Assembly: GCF_031769215.1 (NCBI RefSeq)
Contig: NW_026781955.1
Span: forward strand, 1,116,001 to 1,180,000
Source: Ylistrum balloti
Lineage: Eukaryota
DNA length: 64,000 nucleotides
Reading direction: 5' to 3'
The notes beneath the pieces are model-generated. The model did no database searches. It was given only the letters and a program-made list of their open reading frames with translations, and was not told where the DNA came from. The translations under genes and the position numbers were made by a program. Positions within the stretch are counted from its first letter, which is position 1. Each line of letters opens with the position of its first letter. Shown here in pieces: positions 38,001 to 53,000 of the stretch.

Positions 38001-41000
38001 ACGAATTAATATATCCACGAACAGTTATAATTAGTTTAAGCTGATGTATTAGTTATATTCATCCACACAATCAAGTGTTCATGAAACAATATCTTTTGTA
38101 GAACCACGAAAATTACGCCCCGTTTAAGCTTTTGATTTAAACTATCAAGTAGAGAATTGATTTAGGAAGGAAGTTTAGTTTATCGGATATCTCCACAATA
38201 CGAGCAAAGGAAATGTCTCGCAAAGCCGCTCTTTAAACGATGGTCAAGGTGTGTAAATAAAGTACAGTCGAACCTCATTATTTCGACGTGTGAAATTTGG
38301 CCAGGAACGACGAAAATTTCGAATTAAAAAGGATTTTAGAGTTATATGAATTTGATAAAAAGGAGGTTCGAATGTATATTTAAACATGCAACATCCTTAT
38401 TTTAAAAAACACACCAAAAAGTATATGGTACATATCTGGAATTCCAATTATGCTTCTGAAAACAAGAACAAAAACCTAGTGAGGCAAATCTGCCATCAGC
38501 CATCAGCAACTTCCGTTAGTACGTGACAATTTGCTATCAATAAGAAACTTGTTTTTAGTACAAAAAATCAAACAAGTTTTAGGGTGTACATTTAAAGGTG
38601 TATGTTTTCACACTAACCTGATAGCGTCATCAATACAATCCATGAGCTCCGCTACAAAGCTGTTCGGTATTAGTTTGTCGTCATCAGAGAGCTCCATTGC
38701 GTCATCGAAAAACACATGTGCTGTAAGATTGTACAAAAGACACAAGTCAATAGCACATTTTTAGATACAACAGAGCCAAACAATGAATTAAGTTGCATCA
38801 TCCATCCGTTTCGTCCTCTTAGGACTTGTCAGTGATGTTAATGGTCTCCTGTTTGACTGAGTAAAATCAAAAGTGACCGAAAAATATGTATCGAAATTGT
38901 GATAAGCAAAACAAACAAACAAAAAACAAAACAAAAACAAACAAAAAAAAAAAAAAACCCAAACAAAAAACAGTTGTATGAAATGGTGTGATGATTCGAC
39001 ACCTACAATACAATTAACAGCTTACCCTCAAATTCATAGTAATCCGGATCTCTTATCCCGTAAAATTTTTGAGCCAGGAAACGCGCACTGTGGTCAATAT
39101 CCATCCTAAAAACCAAGCAATTAATTCGTTGTTAACTAACAATTGCTATTACCGACGAAATCCGCCGCTGTTTCAGCATTAGAGAATCAATGATGACCTT
39201 TCTGTTTAAAGACTACAGAGACTATAAAGAGTCTGAGAAACTCATTGAGGTTTCCTTCTTGGATGTTTTATAAACGTTAAAGGACCTTAAAACAGTTTGA
39301 TAAGAATTGTCTTGACTCTAGGATGAATCTATATCAATGATACTTTGATTTATCAGTACAGCACATTTACCTAAATAAAGATTTCAGAAGCTGTGTCATT
39401 TCACACCGCGTTTCGTGCCACATAGTTGCGCATGCGTATATTTGTGGCACAACATCGTCAGCCCTATGAACTTCCTCGTCATCAGTTAGTGTGGACGCGT
39501 CATCATCAGAACTGAAAAGCGCAGAGTCGCGATCATTGGTTCGCCGACGTAGTATCAGCGACTGGTCGGTGAGAATGCCACATCGGATTGGCATTACAAA
39601 CAGCCTGTAACAGAAACGAGATTTAAAGGAGAAAAATATCAACACAAGATAAGTCACTTCCCGTAAATTCATATATTTTCTTAGGGCTCAATTTTCAAAA
39701 AATTGCTTTATCGTATTGATTTCTTGAATAGATATAGCTCAATAATTCTATCAGCACAAACTCGTGGATTAAGTGTACCCAAGAAATCAATAAAAAAAAC
39801 CCCACGAAAATTGATGATTTTACTGTTCAGAAGTCCAATCATTTTGTAAATTATGCAGGTTTTCTCATTGTATGATATAAATATTCCTTTGAAATGACAT
39901 ATAAAGGATGTATAATAGCTTAGTAAGAGCTTAGATGCTTAATATAAATATAGATTAAAAACCAAACCTGTCTATCTTGGCCATCCTGCCATTGCGGGGG
40001 AACCAGATGTGTGACGTCAGAATGATTTGTGACACCCAGAGAACTCCTAGCCACAACAGGTGGAACATTCGGATTTCTCCGGCCATTTCCGGACACAACC
40101 ATATATACAGATAGGAGGGGATGAATTTGGAATAGCATTGGACGATGATGATTCCAAGTGTTAAAGGTGTTGCCAAGAACAAAGGCAATGCGAACCCTAT
40201 AACCTGCATACATAGTTTACAAGCAAGACTGCCAAAGTAAGACAACACTGCGCTGCACAAGAGCTGAAGATACAGCGGGCCGTAACGTTCAAAGTTCCTC
40301 TTAACAGATTCCGGAAGTTGTAAATTGTAGTTGACGTCGCTACTTCCGTTGATGGTTGGAGAAGGATTTTCAATAGATGGTGAGGTCGATGGTACAGGGA
40401 GAGGTCTCGGACGAAATTTTGGTGTTCGACTTTTCAGGTTTGCATTTGTCAAATTGAGAACAGCACTCACACCGTTTAAACCGATCTGATCAGATATTGC
40501 TCTTTTCACAAGAGGAATTTTACGGCTCCCTCCCACAGGCGGCGCTCTTATCGGTGGTTTCGACGTTACAGTCACACCAGAGGCGACTGCTGCTACTGTC
40601 GTAGTGTGCCCTATCCTTGTGCCACTTGGATTTGATCCGGAAGTGGAAAATTCTATATTGAATGAAAAGCCCGGAAGTAAAAGAGCAGCGAACAGTAGCG
40701 TCCAGCCAGTCTTCCAAATTCCAACAAAAATGTACAGTCTTTCCCGGACAGAATTTAGTCGCCGTTTCCATTGAAGAAATGGTATATTTAACGTGCAAAT
40801 TGATAAATCACTTTCTACAAAATTTTCCCAATATGATACGGAAATGAATACCAAAGCCACGGGTATTTCCCACATATAGCGATTTTCAAACATAGGTGCA
40901 GGCCTTCCTACCGTATGTAGAATATCTGGGTCATAAATAACGTCTCTTTGAAGTTGGTCCCTTTCTGCTTCTTTTAAAGGGTTACTAAACATAGTAGATG

Positions 41001-44000
41001 CTGCGAGATTGCACAACTGTATAACGAAAGCGAGGCCGTTGATAAAGGTCAAAGTTAATCTCTTCACGGTTGGTCTTGATTTGTCCGTTGCTATGGTAAT
41101 TGTTTTTAAAAATGCAGGAACTGTACAAATTCCACAGAATTGAAGTAATCCTCGAGCCATGTCCATCCTTGGAAGGATGTGAAATACCATGAGACACAGT
41201 CCAAAAGAGTGAAGGAGCTCCATAAACAAAGTCTGGCAACATAAACAGGTTAAAAGGATGAGAAATCAAGCCGTTTTACAGATTTGTTAATTCACAGCTA
41301 AATATGATTCAATTTCATGTTCTAATTATGAATATATGACCAATTGGTTTGTTAGGCTACTTCATCTTGATTAATAAAGTAAGTTTAGTTGCGTTTTCCC
41401 TCCAATGAACAATCAGAGATATACTGCAAAATTATGTATATTTTTGAGGCTATAATTTTGATGAGTTATTGATTTTGGGGGGTTGGTGGTGTTTGTTTGT
41501 TTGTTTGTTTTGGTTTTGGTTTTTTGTTTTTTTTTGTTTTGTTTTTTGTGTGTGCGTTTTATTCTATCTTGCTTTAGTTGACTCTTTAATTCGTGGATAA
41601 ATAAAACTCTAAAATCAACTAATAAATAAATATTGTTTCTAACGAGTTCGCTGTTTACGTTTAACGATAAAAACGAAATAAATCAAAATAAAAGACCAGA
41701 AAACTAATGGTTTGCTAGTATAGCTACTTCCGTTTTAATTTAAATGACCTTAAAAATGAAAAGACAATAAGTTCTTTGTAAAAAGTTATATGGTAAGTCA
41801 AGTGTATGATATGAACTGCGAGGTACTTTATTTTATGCATTAAATACTTACAATGACGATAGTTTTAAAGGATGGCCAAGCGTTACTGCCAAACAGTGAC
41901 TTTGCTGAAAAGCTGAACATCCATATGATGTAAGGGAAACAGATCGTAATGACTAGCATAGTGTTTGTGGGGCTATTCGACTCTCTCAGTGCCTTCTTGT
42001 CCTGTAAACACGCATATAACACAAAAATGGAATACTGTATAAGTCATATATTTTCGCGGATTTCAATTTTCGTGATTAATAAAAAAGAAACTACAATTTC
42101 CTTGACCATTGATATTATGGATAAATAAAGTTGAATTAATCACTATAAGTTCGTGGACAAATAAATTCGTGGAGTGCCCGCGAAACAATGAAAGTAATTC
42201 GCTCACGAAAATTAATGCAGTATCATGCGGAATATTTTGATATCACTGGAAAATTTCAAAATAAAATAACTTTGATAGAACTATCATACTTATCTCTGGC
42301 GATACATTTTTTATCGCTTGTGTATCTAAGTACCCAAGAATATATTGTAAAAATCGTATTACGAAGTTTATTTGAATTCAGATATGACGGTAAATTCATT
42401 TTGAAGCTAATACGTTTCCACTAGAACCCTCAATTGCTGTTTTTTATACTTGTATAATAATTTGATTAATTTCTAATGATGTTGACGACATAATTCATAA
42501 TGAAACGTGATAGGATCTGTCAGATGCTGTTCTTTAACACCTAACCGGAATTATTCTCAGACAAAATATATTTATTCATTTTATTATGTATGCCATCAGT
42601 TAATATTGTTGACTACAGCTGTCCAAACATTGAAAACCTTGTACATGAAAGGATCGCGAACCTTTGTACAGAAATGGATTGCGAACCTTTGTAAAGGAAT
42701 GGATCGCGAACCGTTGTACATTAAATGATCGCGAACCTTTGTACAGAAATGGATAGCGAACCGTTGTACGTTAATTGATCGCGAACCTTTATACAGGAAT
42801 GGATCGAGAACCATTGTACAGAAATAGATCGCTAACCGTTGTACATTAATTGATTGCGAACCTTTATACAAGAATGGATCGCGAACCTTTGTACAGGAAT
42901 GGATCGCGTACTTTGTACAGGAATGGTTCGCGAACCTTTGTACAGAAATGGATCGCGAACCTTTGTACAGAAATGGATCGCGAACCATTGTACATTAATT
43001 GATCACGAACCTTGTACATGAATGGATCGCGAACCATTGTACATTAACTGATCGCGAACCTTTGTATATGAATGGATGAAATTAAATATAAATAGGAGAA
43101 TGATAGAACAAGAAATGTACCTTCTATTATATGTGAAATCTGCAACAATTTACCTTGAGAATACTTGACGACATGAGAAGAATACAAAGTTTACTGACGA
43201 CGGCTGATCCCAGAACCACACAAAAGAACAAGACATAACAGAAAATCTTAAATGCTCGCAGAAATGGCCGGAAGGTATCGCTGGTTGACACGCGCTCACG
43301 CGGGATCATCTGAAATCTATCCCACAGACGCCTGTAAAAATGTGAAAGAGGATACTTCAGAACAATGCTGGTGTCTGTGAATAATACAGTTGTATCACAA
43401 CTAAAACAGCGGATTGTCCCGTAGTCCATGAACGATAAAGTACCAAACTTCTCTTGCCGAAAAGAGAAAAAGAAAGAATTGAGTACTCACATGTCCAATA
43501 GCGAGTCATCCTTTCTTGGCATCTTGATGCGGACGTGACTACTTTTCTGAAAAATAAAACAGATACATGTAAACACAAAAAAAACATTAGAAAGATCAAT
43601 CACGTAATGCCACAATGTGATATCACGAACCTTTGTATCACACATCAAATATGGTTTTGTTTTGTAAGTACGTAAAAACGATTTGAATTTCTACAATAGT
43701 AAAATAAGGTTGATGTTTGTTTAGAAAGCTAATTAAAAATATCAGCAATTCTCTAGCAATTTTTTTACTTACTGTTAGAATTGCGTGTTTAAAAGTTTAA
43801 CTTTCAGTCGGGACATTTCATGTTTTAGAGATTTTTTTAACCTCTCAGTTGGGACAATACGCGTTTTACTTTCCAGTTTAGAAAGAACACATAGTCTTCC
43901 TCACTTAGGCTGATAATCATCACTGAGCCCAATCACTGAGGCCAAAATTATCGGTAGTGTCAAGTGAGACATTTGGAAGAAAAGCAGGTTTTTATGGAAA

Positions 44001-47000
44001 AAAGAAAAACGATAGATTCTAAATTTCGTCTTACTTTTGAAAACACCGGTGGCGGTGTATTGCTGTAGACAGGTGTGGGTAAAGAGACATCTGAGGTCAC
44101 GTGATCCTGTTGCTGCATCCATTCAGCCACTCTAGTGTGCGAGGATGCTGATGACGTCAAGGTATTGTTTTGTTTAGATGACGATGAATCGGCCGAGCGG
44201 ACATCTACAATTGCCTCCAATATTGGTCTTCGTTTGGTATCAATTGACACTGATGTCGCATCGTCAAGATCAACGATATCGTTATCCATCATATACGACA
44301 CATGCGCAGACGCCATCATCTGTTTTCTTTCGGCAACGATTTCCTGTAGAACGGGGCCATGCCAATGTCTAAGAAGAACCTAAAATATAAACCTTTGTAT
44401 ACATTCTGCAAGTTTCATATTCAAAGACAATGTCTGTAAATAGGGAAAGAAATCCCATAACAGATATTTGTGCCCATCGTCGCTTGATCTTTAATAGTTG
44501 TGTGTAAGTTTGGTTCCTTTGCCCTTTGGCTAGTGAAAAATTGTTGCAGTATTGGTGTCAACATCCAAGATGGCCTCCTCTCAGCCATTTTCCTAAGTTG
44601 ATATAATGGCTGATTGATTGACCATTGCTTATGCCAACCCATTGACAGGATGACAATCTAATTGATATGACACCACCTTTTCCTTCTTTCTGATCTATCT
44701 GTTGTTATAATGACATCATGAACTTACCTTGTCCAGTCAATGCCCTACCTGTTGATATTGTGACATCATGAACTCACCTTGTCCCTGTCAATGCCCTACC
44801 CGTTGATATTATGACATCATCAACTCACCTTGTCCCTTTCAATGCCCTACACGTTGTTATCATGACATCATGAACTTACCTTGTCCCTGTCAATGCCCTA
44901 CCCGTTGATATTATGACATCATCAACTTACCTTGTCCCTGTCAATGCCCTACCCGTTGTTATTATGACATCATGAACTCACCTTGTACCTGTCAATGCCC
45001 TACCCGTTGATATTATGACATCATGAACTCACCTTGTACCTGTCAATGCCCTACCCGTTGATATTATGACATCATGAACTCACCTTGTACCTGTCAATGC
45101 CCTACCCGTTGTTATTATGACATCATGAACTCACCTTGCCTTTCGCTATGGCGTATCCATTAATTCCAGCATCAGAAAGTATCCTCTCGCAAGCATCTTC
45201 TGATGACCCAACGGACACGTTCGGAGTAAAGGAAATGTCTCGAAATCTGGAAATAGTGACATAATGATATCAATTATAGTAGCTCCCTTTTCAAGAATAC
45301 ATTCCGGTCACGCAAAAAGTCACGAGGGACATTCAGCTAAAACACTGCATACATCAAGTCGCACGAGACAGATATACAACTGCCTTTCTTTCAATGCCTT
45401 GCCACGTTACACATTAGTAGACACGTGTGGATCAGATCACGTGGACACACACTTATTTCCGCTTCAAATATTTTATTGCAATGCTTGCCATTTACATCAC
45501 ACGTGCCATTGTTCTTCCCACAATTCCTTACATGAGAAATCGACTCACAGTCATTCTTACAATTCATCACTCGGGACATCGACTCCCACACTGCATCAGA
45601 TGGGATTTCCACAATCCTTCCCACAATGCATTACACGTGATTTCAACTCAATGTCTTTTCCACAGTTATTCTTTCGGGATATCGACTCTAGTCCTTCCCA
45701 CACGACAACGCACGGGAGTGCGGCCCACGACCAAAAATGCTTCTCATACTACATCACACGGGACAATGACTCACATGCCCTCCCACACTACATCATACGG
45801 GACAGCGGCCCACATGTCTTCCCACACTACATCACACAGGACAGCGGCCCGCATGTCTTCCCACACTACATCACACAGGACAGCGGCCCACATATCTTCC
45901 CACATTACATCACACGGGACAGCGGCCCACATATCTTCCCACATTACATCACACGGGACAGCGGCCCACATATCTTCCCACACTACAAGCACACGGGATA
46001 GATGCCCGCAGTTCTTCCCACATTACATCATGCGGGGCATTTCAGCTATTAATGACACCAAGCAAACCCTAAAAAACATTAATTCACCGTTCTATTTGAA
46101 ATATAGTTCTTCTGACAAGTCTTGCATATCTACCCTCTGGTTGTTACCCCTCCGTATCCCTTCAATATCTACCGAGGATGTCAAGCGAACGAGCATATCC
46201 ACGAATAAGGTGGTAGAGCACCATTTCAGCAAACAATACTAATATGATTACTGTCCACAATGTTTATTATAGCGCTACATACCTGACTTAATGTCTTCTG
46301 TATAATTATATTATGAAAAGTATATATCAGCTGTCGCTAGCTCGTGAAAGTGCAAACAATGAAGGGCAACAACGGTCACCTGGGTCGTCATCCACAAAAC
46401 GATTTTAAAATTTAATCTGGTGACAGTAAATATTTTATTTTAGCGACATAAGAGCTGACATTGCAAACCGGGTTTACTTTTTTCTAAATAATGATCGTCG
46501 GATATTTAAAGTATTTAAAGTACTAAAAAGGAACGGGCCAGTCTTAGAAATAAGTTTACATTACTTTCTTAGAATGTATTTAAGTTGGGTGGTGAACAAA
46601 CGATATATCACCCAAAGAAATATGTGTGGCATTGTAGTTTTAGATAGTCATGAACAATGCTAGATATTTCAGCAAAAGTTCTCACTATACATGTGATACC
46701 ATAGTATTACAGACAGAGATCAGAGATGAAATATATTATGTGAAATCCTGTTCCGGGGGGTGTTCAAGTGGACATGCATGGGATACATTTAAGCCTCTAG
46801 ATGTCAATAATACATTAATTTGATAACTTTGTCCTTTCGTCTTGACCCGACATATATTGAAATAATATTGAGACTTTTAAGGATGATCTCTATGTCCATG
46901 CTTATCTCGAAAACGATTCCAAAATAGTCATCCTTCATCGTGATATAGAATCACAAAAATAGAGATACCACATACGAATAAAAAAAAAGCCAGCCTCACG

Positions 47001-50000
47001 AAAACACGAAAGTGTGGAGGTAATCTATTGATGTTACTGTCAGTTCAGGGAATGCTTATCAAATCCATCAGCCAATGACACAGCGGTTACCTAGTATGAA
47101 GTGGATAAACCAAATATGAGCAGCAGAGCAAAAAGCTAAAACAGAAGCTTCAAAGATAGTATCCCCGTAGTTTATTAGTAAGAGATTTAATCTCCAAATT
47201 GTTATAAATACTTGGTCACACATCACAGAACAACGTAGAGGGGGCTTGTATTATAGAAGATTTTGATATACAAAATAAACTCTTTCAGGATACAAAAATA
47301 CTTCTAAGTGTACATTTATATATGAAATAATCCCGTCCATGCATAACATTAAACCGTGCACGATGGAGAACATTATGCAGCATACGGTACGAGCTAGGAT
47401 ACTTTGAATATTTCATAAATTATAAAACGTTCAACATCTCGCTCTGCAATTCAATTTAGAGGCTGCAGATTGTAAACTTGTTTCGATATAGGAAACTGAC
47501 AAGACAGTAAAATATAAATAAGAAATTACCATTCGTGCGATGCCGTGTTGTCAATGTATTTAAATAATAATTTCAAATTTTCATTAATTCATACGCAAAA
47601 CTTTTTCAACAAAGTTTTCAACACGAGCCACACACGCTGTCACAAATATATTTGTTCCCCATTTAACTGAAATGATGAGATAAACAGTAGCGATGATAAA
47701 CAGTTCATCCATAGTTTTATGATGCTATCTATGTTCAATCTTTTCCTTTAAATATAGACAACTGACAACCTGTGCCAAATTATATTCAAAGTATGTTACT
47801 GTACAGATGTATAATTTCTGTAAAAATTAAAAAAAAAAAAAAAAAAAGCAAAACTGCGTGTAAATAAAATGGAATTGATCATGTACGCTTCCAATAGAGA
47901 CCAAACTGATAGCGTCATTGTAATCATTACAAAACACATATACAGTTCTAGACATTTTCACTTTTTCTTATTGAGCATGATACTGATTTTTTTCTTCTTT
48001 TCCTGTTTTGATATGGTTAAATTTTTCGCGGTTCTATAAAAATTCTATGCTTTTTCACTTTCTTTTTAATTGATAATGGGTAATAATACTTTTTTAAAAT
48101 ATCTATCCCTTTTGATTTGCTCGGACGTTATGAAAAGAGTTATGGTTAAAACACCACAGAAACAACACATTTTTGTTACAGAAATCTTTTTAACAAATCA
48201 ACTTGATTACGTTTACTCTTCTTTCTCAATGTCATTTCACAAAAGAACTTAACAACATTGAACATGTTGATGTGCCAGAAGAACAATCATATGTATCGAT
48301 GGTTGTGTATTTTTTATTTGCGAAATATTCAGCTAGATTTTTTCTGCAAAGCTTTTCAAGTTTCAAATTACCTAGCATCACTGACGAGTTCTTACTGTAT
48401 GGTGCAGCTGTAAAACTTGTGCCCAATCCTGTTGCTACTTATGTGCGATAAAATATGTTTAAATCAGAAAGTTTGGTTCATTCTTTGGTTCTGTAACAAC
48501 TTTGTATAAAGTATCTACCTCTAAATTTCTAGTGAAAGGTATTAATGACGCTGGTGTCTTTTTTACTAACTTGCATCTATAGTTGTTTAAACTATACAGT
48601 GATTTGTCAACCATTTCGGGTGCTTTAATTAACAGTCAGTTATCATTAAAATTCGTTTTTGTGAAAAGAATAGTTTGTTTCTTTACAGGAACTCGTCGTT
48701 TCGAGACGGCACGAAACTATATAAAATATAAAATTAGCGATATATACGATTAAAATGGCGCAGAGAGACATGCGTTCATGTGGAAAGGATTGTAATGACA
48801 AAAGAAACAAATAACAATTATTTAAGATGGCAAATTTCATTCTGCCTTGTGAGACCTATTTATATTTTGACCTCACACGAGTCAGAAACAACCCTGTGCC
48901 TATAGACGGCGGGGTTTATACACGAGAGTTCTCCTGATCCTGTGCTCCACAACGAGGGTTGGAAACAGATGAAGTGTCAGAAAAGACCTTAATAAAAGTT
49001 AATCATTCTCGAAAAACATATGTGTCGTATGTAATATTGTTAAATATCATTACAATTACGACATGATCTTTTTAGATTAACACTATATCATAAACGAAAA
49101 GGTGATTTAGTTTTAGTTTGTCAGTAAAGAAAAATATGTTTGGCAGCGTTGAGATAATGTAACGGATATAACCAAACAGACTACTTTCCAGAAAAAGGTT
49201 ATTATGTAAATAATTAATGCTAAAAATCGAGATTTTCAGGTTGCGCCGTTTGACTAATAATCTGAGGCAAACCATTTTTTTTCTATCGCAAGTCTTATAA
49301 TGCTCTATGTTTCATGTTCTATTTTCACAATTTGATGCAATTCTCTTAATAAAAATAGATTGTTCAGATTAATTAAGATTTATTTATGAACGAAATCAAA
49401 AGTTCACGAAATTTGTAAACAAAAAGAAATTAAATTAAAAAAAATAAATAGACACACACGAACATTGAGCGGCAACAAAACATATGCTTTGGACTATGAT
49501 AGATTGTAAAAACTTGTGTTCAATTTTTTGTATATATATATACAATAAAATATGACTAAATTCAAATATAATTTAACACTATTTCATACATTAATTTCTA
49601 CAAAACAGATATTTCAAAATAAAAATGAAAATCAAGTTCACGTTCAAGTTCTTAAATAACACCAATCCCGATTATCCCCGAACGTCTATCCTAAAGGAAC
49701 GGGCAATGTTTGCCGTTATTTGTCTACATATAATTACATTTGTAAGTTTCGAAGGTCGACTTAATATCTTACCGTTATCCATTTATACAGCTAAGCTTAG
49801 TTTGTTATAATTACTAACAATATCTTTGCTAAATATTAGTATAATTTTCGATATACTATTTTTATAGCTTTTACTTTTTCATTTTAAATTTTAACACTAA
49901 TGCGATCTGACTCCATTCTCAATATGCTAAAAAATCAGATTTTACAGTAGTCGTTTACCTACTTAACATTCAAAAATATTTGTACGAGCATATATATATA

Positions 50001-53000
50001 TATATATATATATTCACTTTTTAACGTTTTTATTCACAATGCCTACATTATCGGTATGGAATTTATACACAAATTATTCGGAATATATCGTTTACTAGAT
50101 AATAGATCGTCTGCCTTACCGATAAATATTTATTGGTTATCCAATTATTAAATACTGTAAAATCATGAATATTCATGGACTCCATTTCCATGGTTGCAAA
50201 AAAAAAAAAGAAACACTTAATGATCATTCTTATTTTAAAAAGTTGGTGCACATGAATACGTGTATTAAGAGTATCCACGAAACTACGAAATTTTAAAAAT
50301 AAACCCGCTTCTACACACACTCAACGAAAATGATTCTCGGGTATTTCAAATATAAAAGTGATATAGACCTAGTGTATCCGAATTTATTCAACTACTTACA
50401 GTCCACGATTTCAATTAGTTAAATAATCCTAAAATCATTTAAAAATAATTTTACAAGTGCGTTTGCTTGTAGTCGTATTTAAACCTTGTTTATTTTGAAA
50501 ATAAATATATTGGTTGAATAGGATGCCCTTTTAATGAAATATTGCGAACAATATTACCCACTTTATATACATGTGTACTTGTACTTATATCATTTAAGAA
50601 GATTGCAACGAAAGTTGTCTATTAAATGTTCATATAAAACAGCTTTTGAAAAGTTTCAAATAATGCAGAACAATAAATAAATTTCTAGGAACAAGTTCTC
50701 ATTTAACTTGACTATAAACATCAGTTTTCTTTACTTTTTTCCATTGATTTTTTTACTGATTCTTAAACCATTATTAATCATTCTCTGTTAAGTACGTAAT
50801 CATCTTTATCTTTCACTTCCGTCAAGTCGTTTTTATGCATTGGTAATCAACATATTTTATAATTTTGGAATATTCTGTTAACAACACCTAACATGTTTTA
50901 GATAAATAATTTAATAAATTAATAAATCAACTGATTCAAATTAAGAAATGAGTGATTAGGAAGCCCCTCGCATGCCGTCCAGAGTAAACAGAGTTTAGTG
51001 TTTAGCCCAACCACTTCAGTACAGACGGGTCCTTTTTCTCAGCTTCCTCTCTTTTCATTCATATCTTTATTTCCTCCATAATTGAAGAGTACAAAAACAT
51101 AGTAAACAAGCAGTGATTTATAAAGTGGGTGTACAAAAAGAAATCAGGGTGAAATTGTAATAGAAAAAAAAGAAAGAAAATGCATCAAAGAATATAAGAG
51201 TTGTTTACATAATAATGATCAATAGAGGAGTACACAAATGAAAAAAAAAATCTTATATCAAAAGTATGGGAAAATAAAGACACTGCGTAAATTGCAAAGC
51301 ATTATAACTGTGAAAAGCGTAGCTGTATTAAAGCCTCATTGAAATGTTAATTCGGACACTTTTATAATAAATACAAAACATTCCAATCTAAATCATTGTA
51401 ATTCTACAACATTAGAGAATAACAATTACAGTTCTATAGGAACGGCCCCTAGCAGGGTTGTAATAAAACGTTAACGTTCCAAATTGTCAACAATTATATA
51501 TACAGATACCGCGTAATCATTAACAATTTTGGTGAAAAATTATCCTTTAGATCTACAATAATGGGGTGGCGACAATCGATGCAGCAGTGTGCTAAAGCAT
51601 CTTCACAGCAGCTAGCACATCTTAAACATAATAATTCACATTCTGGATTAATTGTCCAGAACTTTGCCATTTTCTGACATACCGTACCAAAACGAACATT
51701 AAGTGAGCGCCAGAGAAAAAATAGAGTGGCGAAGGTACAAGCGTAGTTTGGAGAATTTTGAATCTACTGAAGTCATTGGTAGCATTCAAACGAGATTGCC
51801 AATTGCTCTCTTCCTTTCTCAAAACTGTCGTTTTAACTATTTGTTTCCAATGAGACTTCATCGGGAACATACCCGATTTTATAAAGTCATATATATAATT
51901 TTGTAGATCGTACTTATGTAAAATAAACCATGTATTTGGGATAACACCACTTGATAATGCAATAAACGTAGTACAAATATTTGCTTAACACCACAATGTG
52001 AAGTCAAATTACATAGCGACCCCAGAAAAAATAGTTTACATTGGTCAAACCTAGCAGATATGGAAGGGAAACCTAACATTCCTAAGCAGATGTCAGATCT
52101 AGTACGTAACGGAAAACACTCAATTAATTTGACACAGAGATTTATAATCTTTTCTAAACGACTCCAATCTGAATTAGAGAGAATAAACCATAGTTCATAG
52201 CTGTAAAGTCCATGTGGTTAAATGATAAATGTATACAGCCTTAAACCAATTAAAGGGGTGATAATATCTCCTATAAGGTTAGATCCGAGAAAACCAAAAC
52301 ATAAACTTCGGAACTTATGAACTACGTCGTCTATATTAGGACATCCTAATCTTTATTTATCAATACAAAACCTTCCTAAAAGTCGTCTTTTCAGAAGAGA
52401 TGTAAATAACTTAACCATTTAACTTATCAAAGTTATGTCCGTGTAATATTTTGTGTTGTTGACATCACCAACATTGTTGTGGAAACTACACATTACGCGA
52501 ACCAAATTTTGGGAAAAAATCATGAATCAGTGTTGCGATTATTCTCTAAAATAATAATAAAAATGATAAATGCGTCACGTGTCAGTTTTTGATTGGAAAT
52601 ATGCATGAACTTCGTCTTCAGTAAATATACAAATACCGTGGCGTCGCTTTATCCAACAAATCTACACAATTACTATCAAAGGTTGATGTTTACTGTTTTT
52701 ATGATGTCGTGAGTGAAAAGAATTCGATGATAGATCAAATGTCTCATAACAGCTGGCCTCTCTCCAACATACCGATAGCAAAATTAAAAACATGTTCAAT
52801 GAAAATAAAAATTCGCTTATTTAAACACTTCTTTAGATATATTTGAGTAAGTTAGTAATATTCTTGACGTACCGAAATACAGCTGTTTTCCGCCACTGCT
52901 AAATATTGCAAATAATATGTAGACAGGTGCAGAATATAGTAGTATACATTCCTTCTTGAGAAAATAAAAAATGACGTTTTTTCTTGCATATTTGAAGCCT

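Noticed and set aside
42596-42988. 130-aa repetitive ORF on the - strand
   Set aside because: A translation artefact of the 25-bp intronic minisatellite.
46090-46240. Peptide ...GIRRGNNQRVDMQDL weakly resembling the myosin IRRxGY motif
   Set aside because: No phase-compatible donor and it runs into a stop; exon 53029-53187 fits the position much better.
45264-46242. 245-aa and 271-aa His-rich ORFs as a nested gene
   Set aside because: They arise from a stop-poor 39-bp repeat, are open in several frames, and have no splice or promoter evidence.
51683-51870. ORF ending at a phase-2 donor (CG|GTATGT) as an alternative first CHS exon
   Set aside because: No recognisable homology or coding bias; a donor-like hexamer alone is expected by chance in a 7.8-kb intron.
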